Assembly (NCBI GenBank): GCA_026004395.1
Contig: BPJB01000001.1
Coordinates: 841,226 to 905,225 of the forward strand
From: Patescibacteria group bacterium
GTDB lineage: Bacteria; Patescibacteriota; Microgenomatia; Levybacterales; UBA12049
Reading direction: 5' to 3'
Length of the DNA stretch: 64,000 nt
The translations under genes were made by a program, and so were the position numbers. The notes under the pieces were generated by a model. It saw nothing but the letters and a program-made list of their open reading frames with translations. It did no database searches and was not told the DNA's origin. This document shows positions 20,572 through 30,469 of the stretch, piece after piece; within the stretch, counting starts at the first letter, position 1; each line of letters starts with the position of its first letter.

Positions 20572-21468
20572 TTATTCAATATTTAGACTCTTCAAATATT
20601 CTTTAAATTTACTATTGATCTCAGGATGCTCAAAGGCAAACTCAACCACTGTTTTAAGGTATTCTAATTTATTGCCTGTGTCGTAGTATTTGCCATTTTT
20701 AATTTCTGCAGCAATAACGCGTTTACCATCTTGGATCATAAGCTTAAGAGCATCGTTATAATAGAGTTCATGTCCTTCCTGAAGAGCGACAAGCGCTTTT
20801 TGGATATACTCAAAGATATCAGGTGTAAGTACAAATCCGCTAACATTAGCAAGATTTGAAGGTGCATTTGCTTTACCCGGCTTTTCAATAATTGTCTCAA
20901 CATCTATAAGACCATCTCCAATCTCGCGGCCACCGGCAAACCCATAACGATCGTAATCCTCATCTTTAGTTGCTTTGATACTAGCCAATATTGAACAACC
21001 ATACTCTTCATAGATCTCAATAAGTTGTTTGAAACGAGTAGGTGTAGCCTTGATAAAATCATCGCTCCAAGTATAGATAAATGGCTCATTGCCCACAATA
21101 TGCCCCACATTCAAAAGTGGTGTGCCATTACCATATGGTCCTTTCTGTCTCACATAAACAAAGTTAGCCATTTCTGAGATACGCTCAGTCTCCCTAAGAA
21201 GCGGCAATTTCTTCTCACCACCCATCCTCAGATTCTCAATCAACTCTAGACTCGGTCTGTCAAAATGGTCTTCAATACTTCGTTTATGATAGCCGGTTAC
21301 GATAACTATATCCTCTATTCCTGCATCCACGAGTTCCTCAACAATATGTTGGATAATTGGCTTATCCACAATCGGAAGCATTTCTTTGGGCATTGCTTTT
21401 GTCTGAGGTAGAAAACGCGTCCCAAACCCAGCAGCAGGAATAACTGCTTTGCGAATTCTAGTAGGCAT
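20572..21468 (-). CDS. galU: UTP-glucose-1-phosphate uridylyltransferase
   Basis: KAVIPAAGFGTRFLPQTKAMPKEMLPIVDKP; AGGAGG RBS. Confidence 0.93.
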   Translation of the reverse strand: MPTRIRKAVIPAAGFGTRFLPQTKAMPKEMLPIVDKPIIQHIVEELVDAGIEDIVIVTGYHKRSIEDHFDRPSLELIENLRMGGEKKLPLLRETERISEMANFVYVRQKGPYGNGTPLLNVGHIVGNEPFIYTWSDDFIKATPTRFKQLIEIYEEYGCSILASIKATKDEDYDRYGFAGGREIGDGLIDVETIIEKPGKANAPSNLANVSGFVLTPDIFEYIQKALVALQEGHELYYNDALKLMIQDGKRVIAAEIKNGKYYDTGNKLEYLKTVVEFAFEHPEINSKFKEYLKSLNIE

Positions 21469-21839
21469 AAATTACCTCCTTAATATTGGCAAAAATAACT
21501 ACAACCTTCAATACTTCAGACTGAATCCCACCTAGAATAATCAAAGAAGTTGCTTTAGCGCTGGTAAAGGGGGAAAGCCTTTTTTGTATTCTGGATATCA
21601 TAGTTGTTGAGTTATTATATCATATCTTGAATGTTGCCATTGTATCGCTTTTAAGAGAATGCAATTGCCAATCTCTAAAGCATGCTAGCCAATCAATTTT
21701 TCATATTATTTATATTATTATACTGTTTTCTAGTTCCAATCTAGTGCTCTTTACATGACACCTCTGATTTGCTACAATTGAGTCTGTTATCCTACTCTCA
21801 GAGATGAGAGGAAGGATTTTTTTGACATAATAAAAGTTT

Positions 21840-22028
21840 ATGACAGGACCACTCACATTCTTTCAGGAAACATACGACGAGTTAAAAAAAGTGACGTGGC
21901 CATCCAAAGAAGAACTTATTCGTTTGACAGTAATTGTCATAACACTTAGCGTGATAGTTGGTATTTATATTGGAGGGATAGACCTGGCGCTCACCAAAAT
22001 AACAGAGACTTTGTTATTAAAAAAGTAA
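21840..22028 (+). CDS. secE: Preprotein translocase SecE
   Basis: ELKKVTWPSKEEL plus a TM segment; upstream of nusG. Confidence 0.95.
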   Translation: MTGPLTFFQETYDELKKVTWPSKEELIRLTVIVITLSVIVGIYIGGIDLALTKITETLLLKK

Positions 22029-22045
22029 AATTTATATAATTAACC

Positions 22046-22627
22046 ATGGATCAAACGATACACACACCAACAGAAGAAGAGATAAAAAAAGCCTCTCAGT
22101 CACCCGAGGCTAAATGGTATATTATCCATACTTATGCAGGACATGAGAATAAAGTTGCTCGCTCTCTTAAACAGCGCGTTGAAACAATGGGCTTTCAAAC
22201 CCGTATATTTGATATCATTGTCCCAACAAGAAACACAATCAAAGTACATGGTGGCAAAAAGGAAGAGGTCCAAGAAAAAATCTTTCCGGGATACGTTCTT
22301 GTCAAAATGATTTTGGATGATGAATCCTGGCTTCTTGTTAGAACAACTCCAGGAGTCACAGCATTTATTGGTGCAGGCAACAAACCTACTCCCATCTCTG
22401 AAAAAGAAGTTGAAGCAATTCAACAGTTTATGAAGCAAGAAGAGCCATTGTATAAAACATCATTTACAGTTGGAGAGGCAGTCAAAATTATTGATGGTCC
22501 TTTTGCAGATTTCTTGGGCACAATTGAGCATATAGATGATACTCGAGGAAAATTGCGTGTCCTAGTAAGCATCTTTGGTAGAGAGACACCCGTAGAATTA
22601 GATTTTTTGCAAGTTCAGAAAATCTAA
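22046..22627 (+). CDS. nusG: Transcription factor NusG
   Basis: WYIIHTYAGHE, FPGYVLV, KOW GPFADF, IFGRETPVEL. Confidence 0.98.
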   Translation: MDQTIHTPTEEEIKKASQSPEAKWYIIHTYAGHENKVARSLKQRVETMGFQTRIFDIIVPTRNTIKVHGGKKEEVQEKIFPGYVLVKMILDDESWLLVRTTPGVTAFIGAGNKPTPISEKEVEAIQQFMKQEEPLYKTSFTVGEAVKIIDGPFADFLGTIEHIDDTRGKLRVLVSIFGRETPVELDFLQVQKI

Positions 22628-22740
22628 ATTGTTTTTCTTAAACTTAAGATGAGAGAAATAATTGGATATCTCACTTCATTTAAACTGTGAAGGAAGATAT
22701 AACGCTGAGAAATTAGCATTTAAAGAAAACAAAAGTAACT

Positions 22741-23163
22741 ATGGCAAAAAAAGTAAAAACAATCATCAAACTTAACATCCCAGCAGGAGCAGCAACTCCT
22801 GCTCCACCTGTTGGACCAGCACTTGGTCAACATGGAGTTCCTATTATGGAGTTTGTCAAAGCCTTCAATGATAAAACTGCTGATCAAAAAGGCAATATTC
22901 TTCCTGTTGTGATTACTGTTTATGAGGATAGAACTTTTTCTTTTGTTACCAAAAAACCTCCAGTTGCTGAAATGATTAAAAAACTGATTGGTCGAGGAGG
23001 CGCTCAAAAACCCGGGAGAGAAAAAGCTGGTACACTGACACGAGCACAAGCTGAGGAAATTGCCAAACAAAAAATGGAAGATCTGAACACTGATGATCTT
23101 GAGATGGCAACTCGTATCGTGATGGGAACAGCACGATCAATGGGAATAGAGGTCAAAGAATAA
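22741..23163 (+). CDS. rplK: 50S ribosomal protein L11
   Basis: [22 protein letters not shown]. Confidence 0.98.
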   Translation: MAKKVKTIIKLNIPAGAATPAPPVGPALGQHGVPIMEFVKAFNDKTADQKGNILPVVITVYEDRTFSFVTKKPPVAEMIKKLIGRGGAQKPGREKAGTLTRAQAEEIAKQKMEDLNTDDLEMATRIVMGTARSMGIEVKE

Positions 23164-23233
23164 ATTTTTAAAACAGTGAAGTAAATTTAAATTCAAAAAT
23201 AAAAATTTTAAATAATCTCAAAAGGAGATAATT

Positions 23234-24025
23234 ATGGGCAAAATAAGAATCAAAACAATCGGAGACGAAGAATTGGAAAAACAACAAGCTGAAGAAGCTA
23301 AAAAGCGTAGTGAAACAAAGAGAACTGAATCTGAAGAAGCTAAGGATACTCTAAGTTCTCCAAAAGAAAAAAAGGAAAAGAAAGAAAAATTTAAGAAAAG
23401 AACTAGAGGAGCTTCCCGCTCAAAATCTTATCTTATTAAAGCAGAGCTTGTTGATAAAAATAAAAAATACACTCTTGAAGAGGCTATCAAGCTTCTGCCT
23501 CAACTCAAAAGAGCAAAGTTTGATGAAACTGTGGAATTACATTTTACACTCACTGATGGAAGTATGTCAGGAAGTGTAGTACTACCCCACGGAACAGGCA
23601 AACAAATAAAGGTTGCTATTGCAGATGGTAAAAATCCTCAAGAGCTTGATGCGCTAATTAAAAAAATTGAAAGTGGCAATATTGATTTTGATATATTAGT
23701 AGCAACACCGGATGCAATGCCACGACTGGCACGCGTTGCACGCATCTTAGGACCCAAAGGACTTATGCCCAATCCTAAAGCAGGAACTGTAACTACTAAA
23801 CCAGAAGAGGTAGCACAAAAATATCAAGGCGGACAAATCAATTTCAAAACTGAAGCAAAATTTCCTCTCTTGCATATTGCAGTGGGTAAAGTATCATTTG
23901 GAGAAGAAAAAATCAAAGAAAATATCATGGCAATTTTGAAAAGTATTGATCATAAAAAGATCAAAAACGCAACACTTAAAAGTACGATGAGTCCTGCAAT
24001 CCCTCTTGACATAGCATCTTTATAG
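23234..24025 (+). CDS. rplA: 50S ribosomal protein L1 with charged N-terminal extension
   Basis: AKFDETVE, LPHGTGK, LGPKGLMPNPKAGTV; ~60-aa K/E-rich N-terminal extension; AGGAG RBS. Confidence 0.96.
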   Translation: MGKIRIKTIGDEELEKQQAEEAKKRSETKRTESEEAKDTLSSPKEKKEKKEKFKKRTRGASRSKSYLIKAELVDKNKKYTLEEAIKLLPQLKRAKFDETVELHFTLTDGSMSGSVVLPHGTGKQIKVAIADGKNPQELDALIKKIESGNIDFDILVATPDAMPRLARVARILGPKGLMPNPKAGTVTTKPEEVAQKYQGGQINFKTEAKFPLLHIAVGKVSFGEEKIKENIMAILKSIDHKKIKNATLKSTMSPAIPLDIASL

Positions 24026-24195
24026 AAGATAAAAAGTTAAAAAAAATAAATTTGAATCTTCTGCAGATCTCAAAAGGTTAATTAATAAGTAAAAAATCTT
24101 TATCTTCTTCATAGATAATTATGCTTAACTGGCAAACATGTTTTTCTCAAATCTTTTATCTTTGGAAAAAACCTTATACTATAAATAATAGAACT

Positions 24196-25365
24196 ATGAT
24201 CTTCAATCAAGTAAAAAAATTTTTGCTATTACAAGGATCTGGCGAAATTTATATTATCTTTATATTAGGATTGACAATGATTGCTGCAGCTCTAATCTCA
24301 GGGGGAATTGAAGAAAAAAAGGATTATCCAACAAAAACAAAACCGACTTCACGCATTACTGGGATACCAGCAAATGACAATCCAGACACTTATGAACTAG
24401 ATGTAAGTGAAGATCAAAAAAAACAAGCAACTCCTTCTCCTCTACTAACTCCTTTAGCATCAGAGAGTGCTCTAGCAGACCTTGCTGTACCCTCACTTAG
24501 GCTAACGGATATCAATGGTAATGAAAAGACTATTTTTGATCCAGGTGAGCGCATATATCCAAAAGTAACATTTACAAACCAAGGGACAAAACGTATTTAC
24601 TCAAGTACAGGCTTTATTTTTAGCCAAATCTATGCCCATCAACCCCAACCGGCAACGCAAGGACAAAAATCAGATGTAAAAATATGGATGAAAAACGGAC
24701 TTTATGCTGCAGGATCAACTAAAACATATGAGGCTCGACCCAACGGAATTAATGATTGGTTCTTTAGAGAAAATCATTTTTGGACTCTCTCTACTCCCGG
24801 TACTTACACTGCTCGAGCATATATTAATTATGACCACGACGGAATTGAGAGTGATTACACCAATAATCAAACAACCATTACCTACCGAATTACTAATAAA
24901 CCAACTCCCACGCCAACCGCTAAACCAACACAGACAACTAACACTCAATCCAGTGGTGTTGGGAATATCAATACACCACCTAATGGAAATACCTGCGGAA
25001 AATATAGTCTTAATAATCCAATAGGAAAAAACTTTGGCGATCCAAACTGCAACTTTACCAAAGATAAACTTTATTCATGGCTTAAAACGCAGGATGCAGC
25101 TAATGCTGATTACTGGTTTTATACCGTAATTCCCTGTGAAGCTCCAGGTTATAATCCCAACACTTATTACCGCTGTGGAGCAGCAGGCTGCACACCAGAT
25201 CCTGCGGGTGCATGGGGACTTTTTCAAATGGGCAGAGGTAGGAATGGTCCGTATGATCATGGAGATGTCAACTGGCCAGCACAGGTTATCAATGCTACTA
25301 CGTATAGACGCAATCTTGGCTGGCATGGATGGACATATTGGGCTTGTGCAAAATCACGTTGGTAA
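24196..25365 (+). CDS. Membrane-anchored protein with CARDB/Ig-like domain, PT linker and lysozyme/transglycosylase-like C-terminal domain
   Basis: N-terminal TM; DLAV...GTYTARAY...ESDYTNN; C-terminal VIPCEA.GYNP...AWGLFQM...WTYWAC. Track start is 24121. Confidence 0.6.
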   Translation: MIFNQVKKFLLLQGSGEIYIIFILGLTMIAAALISGGIEEKKDYPTKTKPTSRITGIPANDNPDTYELDVSEDQKKQATPSPLLTPLASESALADLAVPSLRLTDINGNEKTIFDPGERIYPKVTFTNQGTKRIYSSTGFIFSQIYAHQPQPATQGQKSDVKIWMKNGLYAAGSTKTYEARPNGINDWFFRENHFWTLSTPGTYTARAYINYDHDGIESDYTNNQTTITYRITNKPTPTPTAKPTQTTNTQSSGVGNINTPPNGNTCGKYSLNNPIGKNFGDPNCNFTKDKLYSWLKTQDAANADYWFYTVIPCEAPGYNPNTYYRCGAAGCTPDPAGAWGLFQMGRGRNGPYDHGDVNWPAQVINATTYRRNLGWHGWTYWACAKSRW

Positions 25366-25376
25366 TATAATCAGAG

Positions 25377-25928
25377 GTGAAACCTCTAAAATTAGTCATG
25401 AATCTATTATTGAATATTAGAAACAAACTAACCAATATTAATCCGGGCATAATTATTGTCATACTTTTTTTACTAACATCAGGACTGCTTGCACTAACTT
25501 TCATTAAAAAAGAAACTCCGCAGAAAGAGACGCCATCTCCCTCTGCTACTCCTACTATTACACCAACTGTGGAAAAATTCAGTTACCTGCCGGAAGAGAC
25601 AGATCGCATGCTTGAATATGTAAAAAAAGAATTACCCCTTTCTCAAGCGGATACAACTATCAGACGTCGCCTTATCGCTGAGGTGAATAATGAAAGCGGT
25701 GTACTCTACGAAACACAAGACTTCATTATAGAGTACGTTAAAACACCCGACGTATTTATGGTGGGGGTAAAGTCAGAAAATATTGAAAATGCAAGAAAAG
25801 ATGCAACAGAGTGGTTTCTCAAGCAAGGTATAAGTAATGAGGGCATCTGTCGTCTCCCTGTTGTGTTCTATCCTCAGTTCGTTCCTCTTAAGAAAACTCC
25901 CTTCAATCCCTTGCCAATCGGATGTTAA
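25377..25928 (+). CDS. Hypothetical single-TM protein
   Basis: TM, PT linker and a globular C-terminus; co-oriented 11 nt after the previous gene. Confidence 0.7.
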   Translation: MKPLKLVMNLLLNIRNKLTNINPGIIIVILFLLTSGLLALTFIKKETPQKETPSPSATPTITPTVEKFSYLPEETDRMLEYVKKELPLSQADTTIRRRLIAEVNNESGVLYETQDFIIEYVKTPDVFMVGVKSENIENARKDATEWFLKQGISNEGICRLPVVFYPQFVPLKKTPFNPLPIGC

Positions 25929-26002
25929 TCCTCTAGATTTTACGCATCAGATAAGCTATACTATAGCTAAATTGGTATTTATTTTAAAAATAGAATAATA
26001 GA

Positions 26003-26644
26003 ATGCGCAATTCTTTTGAACATCCTTCTTTTTATCCTGAAAAACTTGAATTAATTCAAAAGGCACCTCTTATTGGTAAATTTCTATCAATAGATCATAT
26101 TGGACAAATGCTAGATACATCTGATAAGTATCTCCAATCTATCCTTTCTCAGATATCTACCAACAAAGATACTTTCTCTCTCTTAGCTTCATCTCTTGCA
26201 GCAATGGGAGTACACCTCGATCTCCTCAACAGAGAATCTCCCGGTGATGAGTTGATCCTGACAACGACATCTCTACTCATAATCGGGTATCATGTCAGAG
26301 AACAACAACTTCCTTGTTTTAAGATCTTTGATATCTTTCAAGAAGATTTTAGAAAAAAATTACAAGAACTGCGTCTTACCTCACCTGATACTCGTCTTTT
26401 TTCAGATAAGTCTGATCAACTTGATGCCTGGATTGGTAATGCTCTTGGTGTAGGAAGCAGACTAAAACAAATCTTTACCCAAAACAACGATCAAACGATT
26501 CTGTCTCAAAGAGATACGAACAAAGATCTCTCTCATACCCTGTATCCCAAAGAAGAATATCTAAATGGAGAAGAACCCCCTGAGATTCCTCAAGCATTTC
26601 AAAAATTTCTAGCAACTCTTAATCTTGATGATTTTAATAAATAA
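26003..26644 (+). CDS. Hypothetical protein
   Basis: 213-aa ORF with no recognised family. Confidence 0.65.
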   Translation: MRNSFEHPSFYPEKLELIQKAPLIGKFLSIDHIGQMLDTSDKYLQSILSQISTNKDTFSLLASSLAAMGVHLDLLNRESPGDELILTTTSLLIIGYHVREQQLPCFKIFDIFQEDFRKKLQELRLTSPDTRLFSDKSDQLDAWIGNALGVGSRLKQIFTQNNDQTILSQRDTNKDLSHTLYPKEEYLNGEEPPEIPQAFQKFLATLNLDDFNK

Positions 26645-26810
26645 ATATACATTTTGAAGTTAAAAAAATTAAAGTTGGAGATACACATCCTCTAAGAGTA
26701 GATTCTTTGACAAAAATAAATTTGTAATATGTAATATATTATAATATAATAATATTTAATTTTTTAATAAAAATTTTATAATTTTATAATTTTATAATTT
26801 TTATTAATCT

Positions 26811-28139
26811 ATGTTTTCCGAGTCTGTATTTTCAGAATCATCTAAAAATATAAAAGAAAACACTGCCCCACAGCCGGCTTTCGATACCCCATTTGTCACT
26901 ATAAACTTCATCTCTACCAATCCAGAAGGCATTGAAGTAGCAACGCGTTATGTCCAAAGACGCAGTGAAGGCTTTGATTCACTTCCTCTCACTGATGAGC
27001 AAAAAGACGCCGCAAAACAAGAAATGCGAAATGAAGTTGCTTTTGTCCTAAAAAGAAAAGGTCTTTTCACAGAGGAAATGAAAAATGAAAAAGATCCTGA
27101 AAGACGCTGGGAGTTAATGCGTAAAGCAATAAAAGACAATAATATTGATTTGACTAGGGAGATGGCATACAAACTAGCTATTAGAAATCAAGAACTTATA
27201 GGAGATACGCTTCTTGTAGATGCAAAGTCTATACCATATCCAATGTACACTATTGGTAGCAGTCCAGATCAGAGCAAAGAAAGTCAGGAATTCACCTCAA
27301 TTGCTGCTGTTGCCGGTGCTTTGGTTACTAAAGATGGAAAGCTTATCATTCAGATGCGATCGGGTAATCGCCTTTTTGATCAAGTCTTAGGAGCAAGCGC
27401 TGCGGGGATGTTTGATAGTGAACATCTAAGAATTAATCTTGGTAAAGATCCCGCAACTGGTCAGACTAACTACCTTAAAGGATATCCGCAGCCAATTAAT
27501 ACAGATACTGTTAAAGGAAAATTTCTTGAGGAGGCATATCAAGAAATTGCTGTAAGATCAGATGATATTGCAAATCTAAGAATATTAGGTACAGCTTTAG
27601 ATCATACATTTGTACATGATGAATTTCTGCTTCTTGGTGAACTAAATCTTACATCAAGTGAACTTGAGGAACGCGCATTATCAGCTCCACGCAGCAAACG
27701 TAAAGAAGGTGATTTTCATTTTGAGGAAAAATTTGTTTTTATAGATGCAACACCTGATGCAATTAAAAAGCTTCTTACTGAAGTTAAAAATCCGCTTCCT
27801 CCTACGCATTTAGCTGCTTTTGTAGCTGCAGGTTATACATTGATCCTTGATGAAGGCCGAGGGAAAGAGGGATACAATAGAGAAGCTAATCTAAAGAAAG
27901 CTGAAGAATGGAAGAAAGAAGTTGAGGAAGGAGTGAGACGCAACTACTCTGAAATCAATAGAATGGTAAAAGAAAATACCTTGCGCAAGAATGGTATTAC
28001 AAATCCAGAAAATATTGCTCGGGTGATTGACTCAGTAGCCGGTTATGACCCTAAAATTCCTGCAACACAGCAAGGCTTACCTGAAATGCTCTCTGAACTT
28101 TATAGGTGTGGATTGATTACAGAGAAACATCATGCATGA
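26811..28139 (+). CDS. Divergent Nudix-fold hydrolase-like protein
   Basis: VAGALVTKDGKLIIQMRS...AAGMFD...FLEEAYQEIAV (degenerate Nudix box) ...HDEFLL. Confidence 0.5.
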   Translation: MFSESVFSESSKNIKENTAPQPAFDTPFVTINFISTNPEGIEVATRYVQRRSEGFDSLPLTDEQKDAAKQEMRNEVAFVLKRKGLFTEEMKNEKDPERRWELMRKAIKDNNIDLTREMAYKLAIRNQELIGDTLLVDAKSIPYPMYTIGSSPDQSKESQEFTSIAAVAGALVTKDGKLIIQMRSGNRLFDQVLGASAAGMFDSEHLRINLGKDPATGQTNYLKGYPQPINTDTVKGKFLEEAYQEIAVRSDDIANLRILGTALDHTFVHDEFLLLGELNLTSSELEERALSAPRSKRKEGDFHFEEKFVFIDATPDAIKKLLTEVKNPLPPTHLAAFVAAGYTLILDEGRGKEGYNREANLKKAEEWKKEVEEGVRRNYSEINRMVKENTLRKNGITNPENIARVIDSVAGYDPKIPATQQGLPEMLSELYRCGLITEKHHA

Positions 28140-29067
28140 ATCTCTTACAACACCTGAATCAGTGTTACGATCAGTTCAACGGATGTACATCTTCGATGTA
28201 GATGGACCAATTGTTGAGCCAACATCTGAGACTATTACTCATCCTGAGATCCTCAGTAATATCATTGATGAGCTAAGTGCTGACCGACCAGTTGCATTGA
28301 TTACTGGCCGTGGAATAGACTGGTTGATTAACGGAAAAGAATATACGCACAGCAGCATCCTCTCTGGAGTTGTTGGGTTGATTGAACAACAAATAAATGA
28401 TAAATCCGTACTTGATAATTTTTTTGTATCAGCAGAGTTTGGCGGATGCACGATTACTTATCGCGATGGTGAAAGGATAGTCCATATTCATGAAACCACC
28501 TCTCTTCCTCAACATCTTCTTCAAAAAGCTGAACAATTGATCCAAGAAAAATACTCTGAGACGATGATGGTTGAACCAAAGCTTACTCATTTTACTGCTA
28601 AAATCGAGTCTGTAGATGAGTTAGCTAAACGAGGTAAAACATTTGTTGATTTCAAAAATGAACAAAATAAACTAGTCAAAGATTTAGAAGCACTTCTTAA
28701 ACAAGAAGGACTTTCTAATCAACTTGAGATACATCAAGATAGAATAGCTACAAACATTAGATATAAAAACATTAACAAGTCATTTGCAACAAAGGAAGTC
28801 CTCAGATGGCTGCGTGAAAAAAGAATCGATCCACAACTTTTTGTAGTGTTTGGTGATAGTAGAGGTGATTTTGAAATTTCAGATGCTCTTGCATCTGACT
28901 CTGAAATTCAAGAAAGAAAAAGAAAAATAAAGGTAGTTTATTTAGGATCAGAAAACCAAATAAGAGAAATTATAGACTCACATCCGCAGTATGAGATTGA
29001 GATCCGTCATCACGACGATCTCACGCAAGGTACAGCAGATTTTCTCCAAGAACAAAAATTAAGTTAA
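28132..29067 (+). CDS. HAD-superfamily (class II) phosphatase
   Basis: FDVDGP, ITGR, NK, FGDSRGD motifs; overlaps the upstream stop codon. Confidence 0.85.
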   Translation: MHESLTTPESVLRSVQRMYIFDVDGPIVEPTSETITHPEILSNIIDELSADRPVALITGRGIDWLINGKEYTHSSILSGVVGLIEQQINDKSVLDNFFVSAEFGGCTITYRDGERIVHIHETTSLPQHLLQKAEQLIQEKYSETMMVEPKLTHFTAKIESVDELAKRGKTFVDFKNEQNKLVKDLEALLKQEGLSNQLEIHQDRIATNIRYKNINKSFATKEVLRWLREKRIDPQLFVVFGDSRGDFEISDALASDSEIQERKRKIKVVYLGSENQIREIIDSHPQYEIEIRHHDDLTQGTADFLQEQKLS

Positions 29068-29096
29068 CAAACAATCTAAATCACGCGAATTATCTC

Positions 29097-29267
29097 TTGA
29101 CAACTTAAAATCACAGCCATATAATCCCCTTATGCTGCGATTTTCTCTTAAACTCAATCTTATTACCAAGACCATCCTCTACTCTGTAAGTGAGAGGAGA
29201 TTGGTATAGGAAAAGAGCCAGCAAAAATAATTTTCAAAACCAATCTCCTCGCAAGAGGAGATTTTTC
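29097..29267 (+). promoter_or_regulatory. Promoter, leaderless leader peptide (29132-29209) and attenuator
   Basis: TTGACA-N17-TATAAT-N6-ATG. GAGGAGATTGGT (29194-29205) is complementary to ACCAATCTCCTC (29239-29250), which can instead form a GCAA-loop terminator with a T-tract. Confidence 0.7.
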
Positions 29268-29449
29268 GTATATGGCCACTAATTCTAAAGTAATATTGCT
29301 AATACAACAAAAAAAACTCTACATATTGATTCACTCTTTCTTGACAAAAATCAAGCCTGGTGATAATCTCGTGAATAAAAAAAATTAGAAAATGTAAGCC
29401 AATAATTGGCTTTTAAATAAGAGGAAAATATTAAAAAAAACAAAACATT

Positions 29450-30469
29450 ATGGAACATAAAATACACGACCCACTAACAGCTATACTTCTTGATCCTGAA
29501 TTCCATAGAGCAGTAGAAGAAAACAGAGCTGCTGAATTTATTGCTAAAAGATTGGGTGTTACACCTGAAGAAGCTTCTCGCATGACTGACGGAAGAACAA
29601 AAACAAATTCTCCCTCCCCTCAGTCAGACGAAAAAGCCAACCCTGCCCAAAAAGAAGCTATTCAAATAGCATCTAACTCCTCAGAACTACAAAATACTCC
29701 TTCTTTTGAAGATTACTGGACGCGTGTAAGAGGAGGTGTAGGAGACGTTGTGCCGCTAAACTTTGCCAGAGCGCATGAAGAATACCCACAAAATTACCAA
29801 CAATCAGAGAAAAGAGCTAGAGAAAAATATCAGATAGGAGAGCAACCTCATTATTACTCTCAAACCTCATCTAAAGATACCAGGATATTGCAAGCAGAAG
29901 GAATGCAAAATCAATCTCTCCTGCGAAAAAATCCTTCTACCTCAAAGGATATCATTTACTACACCCCACCTCAAAGACGTGCTGGATTGTTATTAACAGG
30001 TGGATTACTAATCGGTATCGTTGCAGGCGCAACAGGAGTCATTTTTACAAAAGACACATTAGATCCCACAAAAACTTCTAATTTACCTTCTGGGCAGTCA
30101 CCCTATACCTACTCTTCTAGTGGTCCTCTGGAACATGGTAGAAATACAACTGAGGAAAATAAAAAAATGTTAGAAGCAATGTCAACAATGGTAATTAATG
30201 TTGCAGAAGAAGTAGATAAAAGACTTAATCCTTCTCCTACACCAACAAGTACTCCAAATCCTATACCTACGCCTACACCTGATCTTGCACAACAAACTTC
30301 ATTCTGCACAACTCCTGAGCCTGGAAAACTCTGCCGCATTCCCCCTCCTCCTCCACCCACCCCTACACCCTATCCCTCATGTGAAAAAATGAATGAGCTT
30401 AGGCCGGGAGACTGGTGTGTCTGGCCAACTGCGGATCCTCGTGGACCGTACGCTGCTTCTTTTGAATGA
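29450..30469 (+). CDS. Hypothetical membrane protein with a Pro/Cys-rich C-terminus
   Basis: Central TM (LLLTGGLLIGIVAGATGVIF), PT repeats and four C-terminal Cys; TTGACA-N17-GATAAT at 29341. Confidence 0.7.
   Translation: MEHKIHDPLTAILLDPEFHRAVEENRAAEFIAKRLGVTPEEASRMTDGRTKTNSPSPQSDEKANPAQKEAIQIASNSSELQNTPSFEDYWTRVRGGVGDVVPLNFARAHEEYPQNYQQSEKRAREKYQIGEQPHYYSQTSSKDTRILQAEGMQNQSLLRKNPSTSKDIIYYTPPQRRAGLLLTGGLLIGIVAGATGVIFTKDTLDPTKTSNLPSGQSPYTYSSSGPLEHGRNTTEENKKMLEAMSTMVINVAEEVDKRLNPSPTPTSTPNPIPTPTPDLAQQTSFCTTPEPGKLCRIPPPPPPTPTPYPSCEKMNELRPGDWCVWPTADPRGPYAASFE

Noticed and set aside
26770-26808. ATTTTATA tandem repeats
   Set aside because: Low-complexity AT sequence is expected at this composition.
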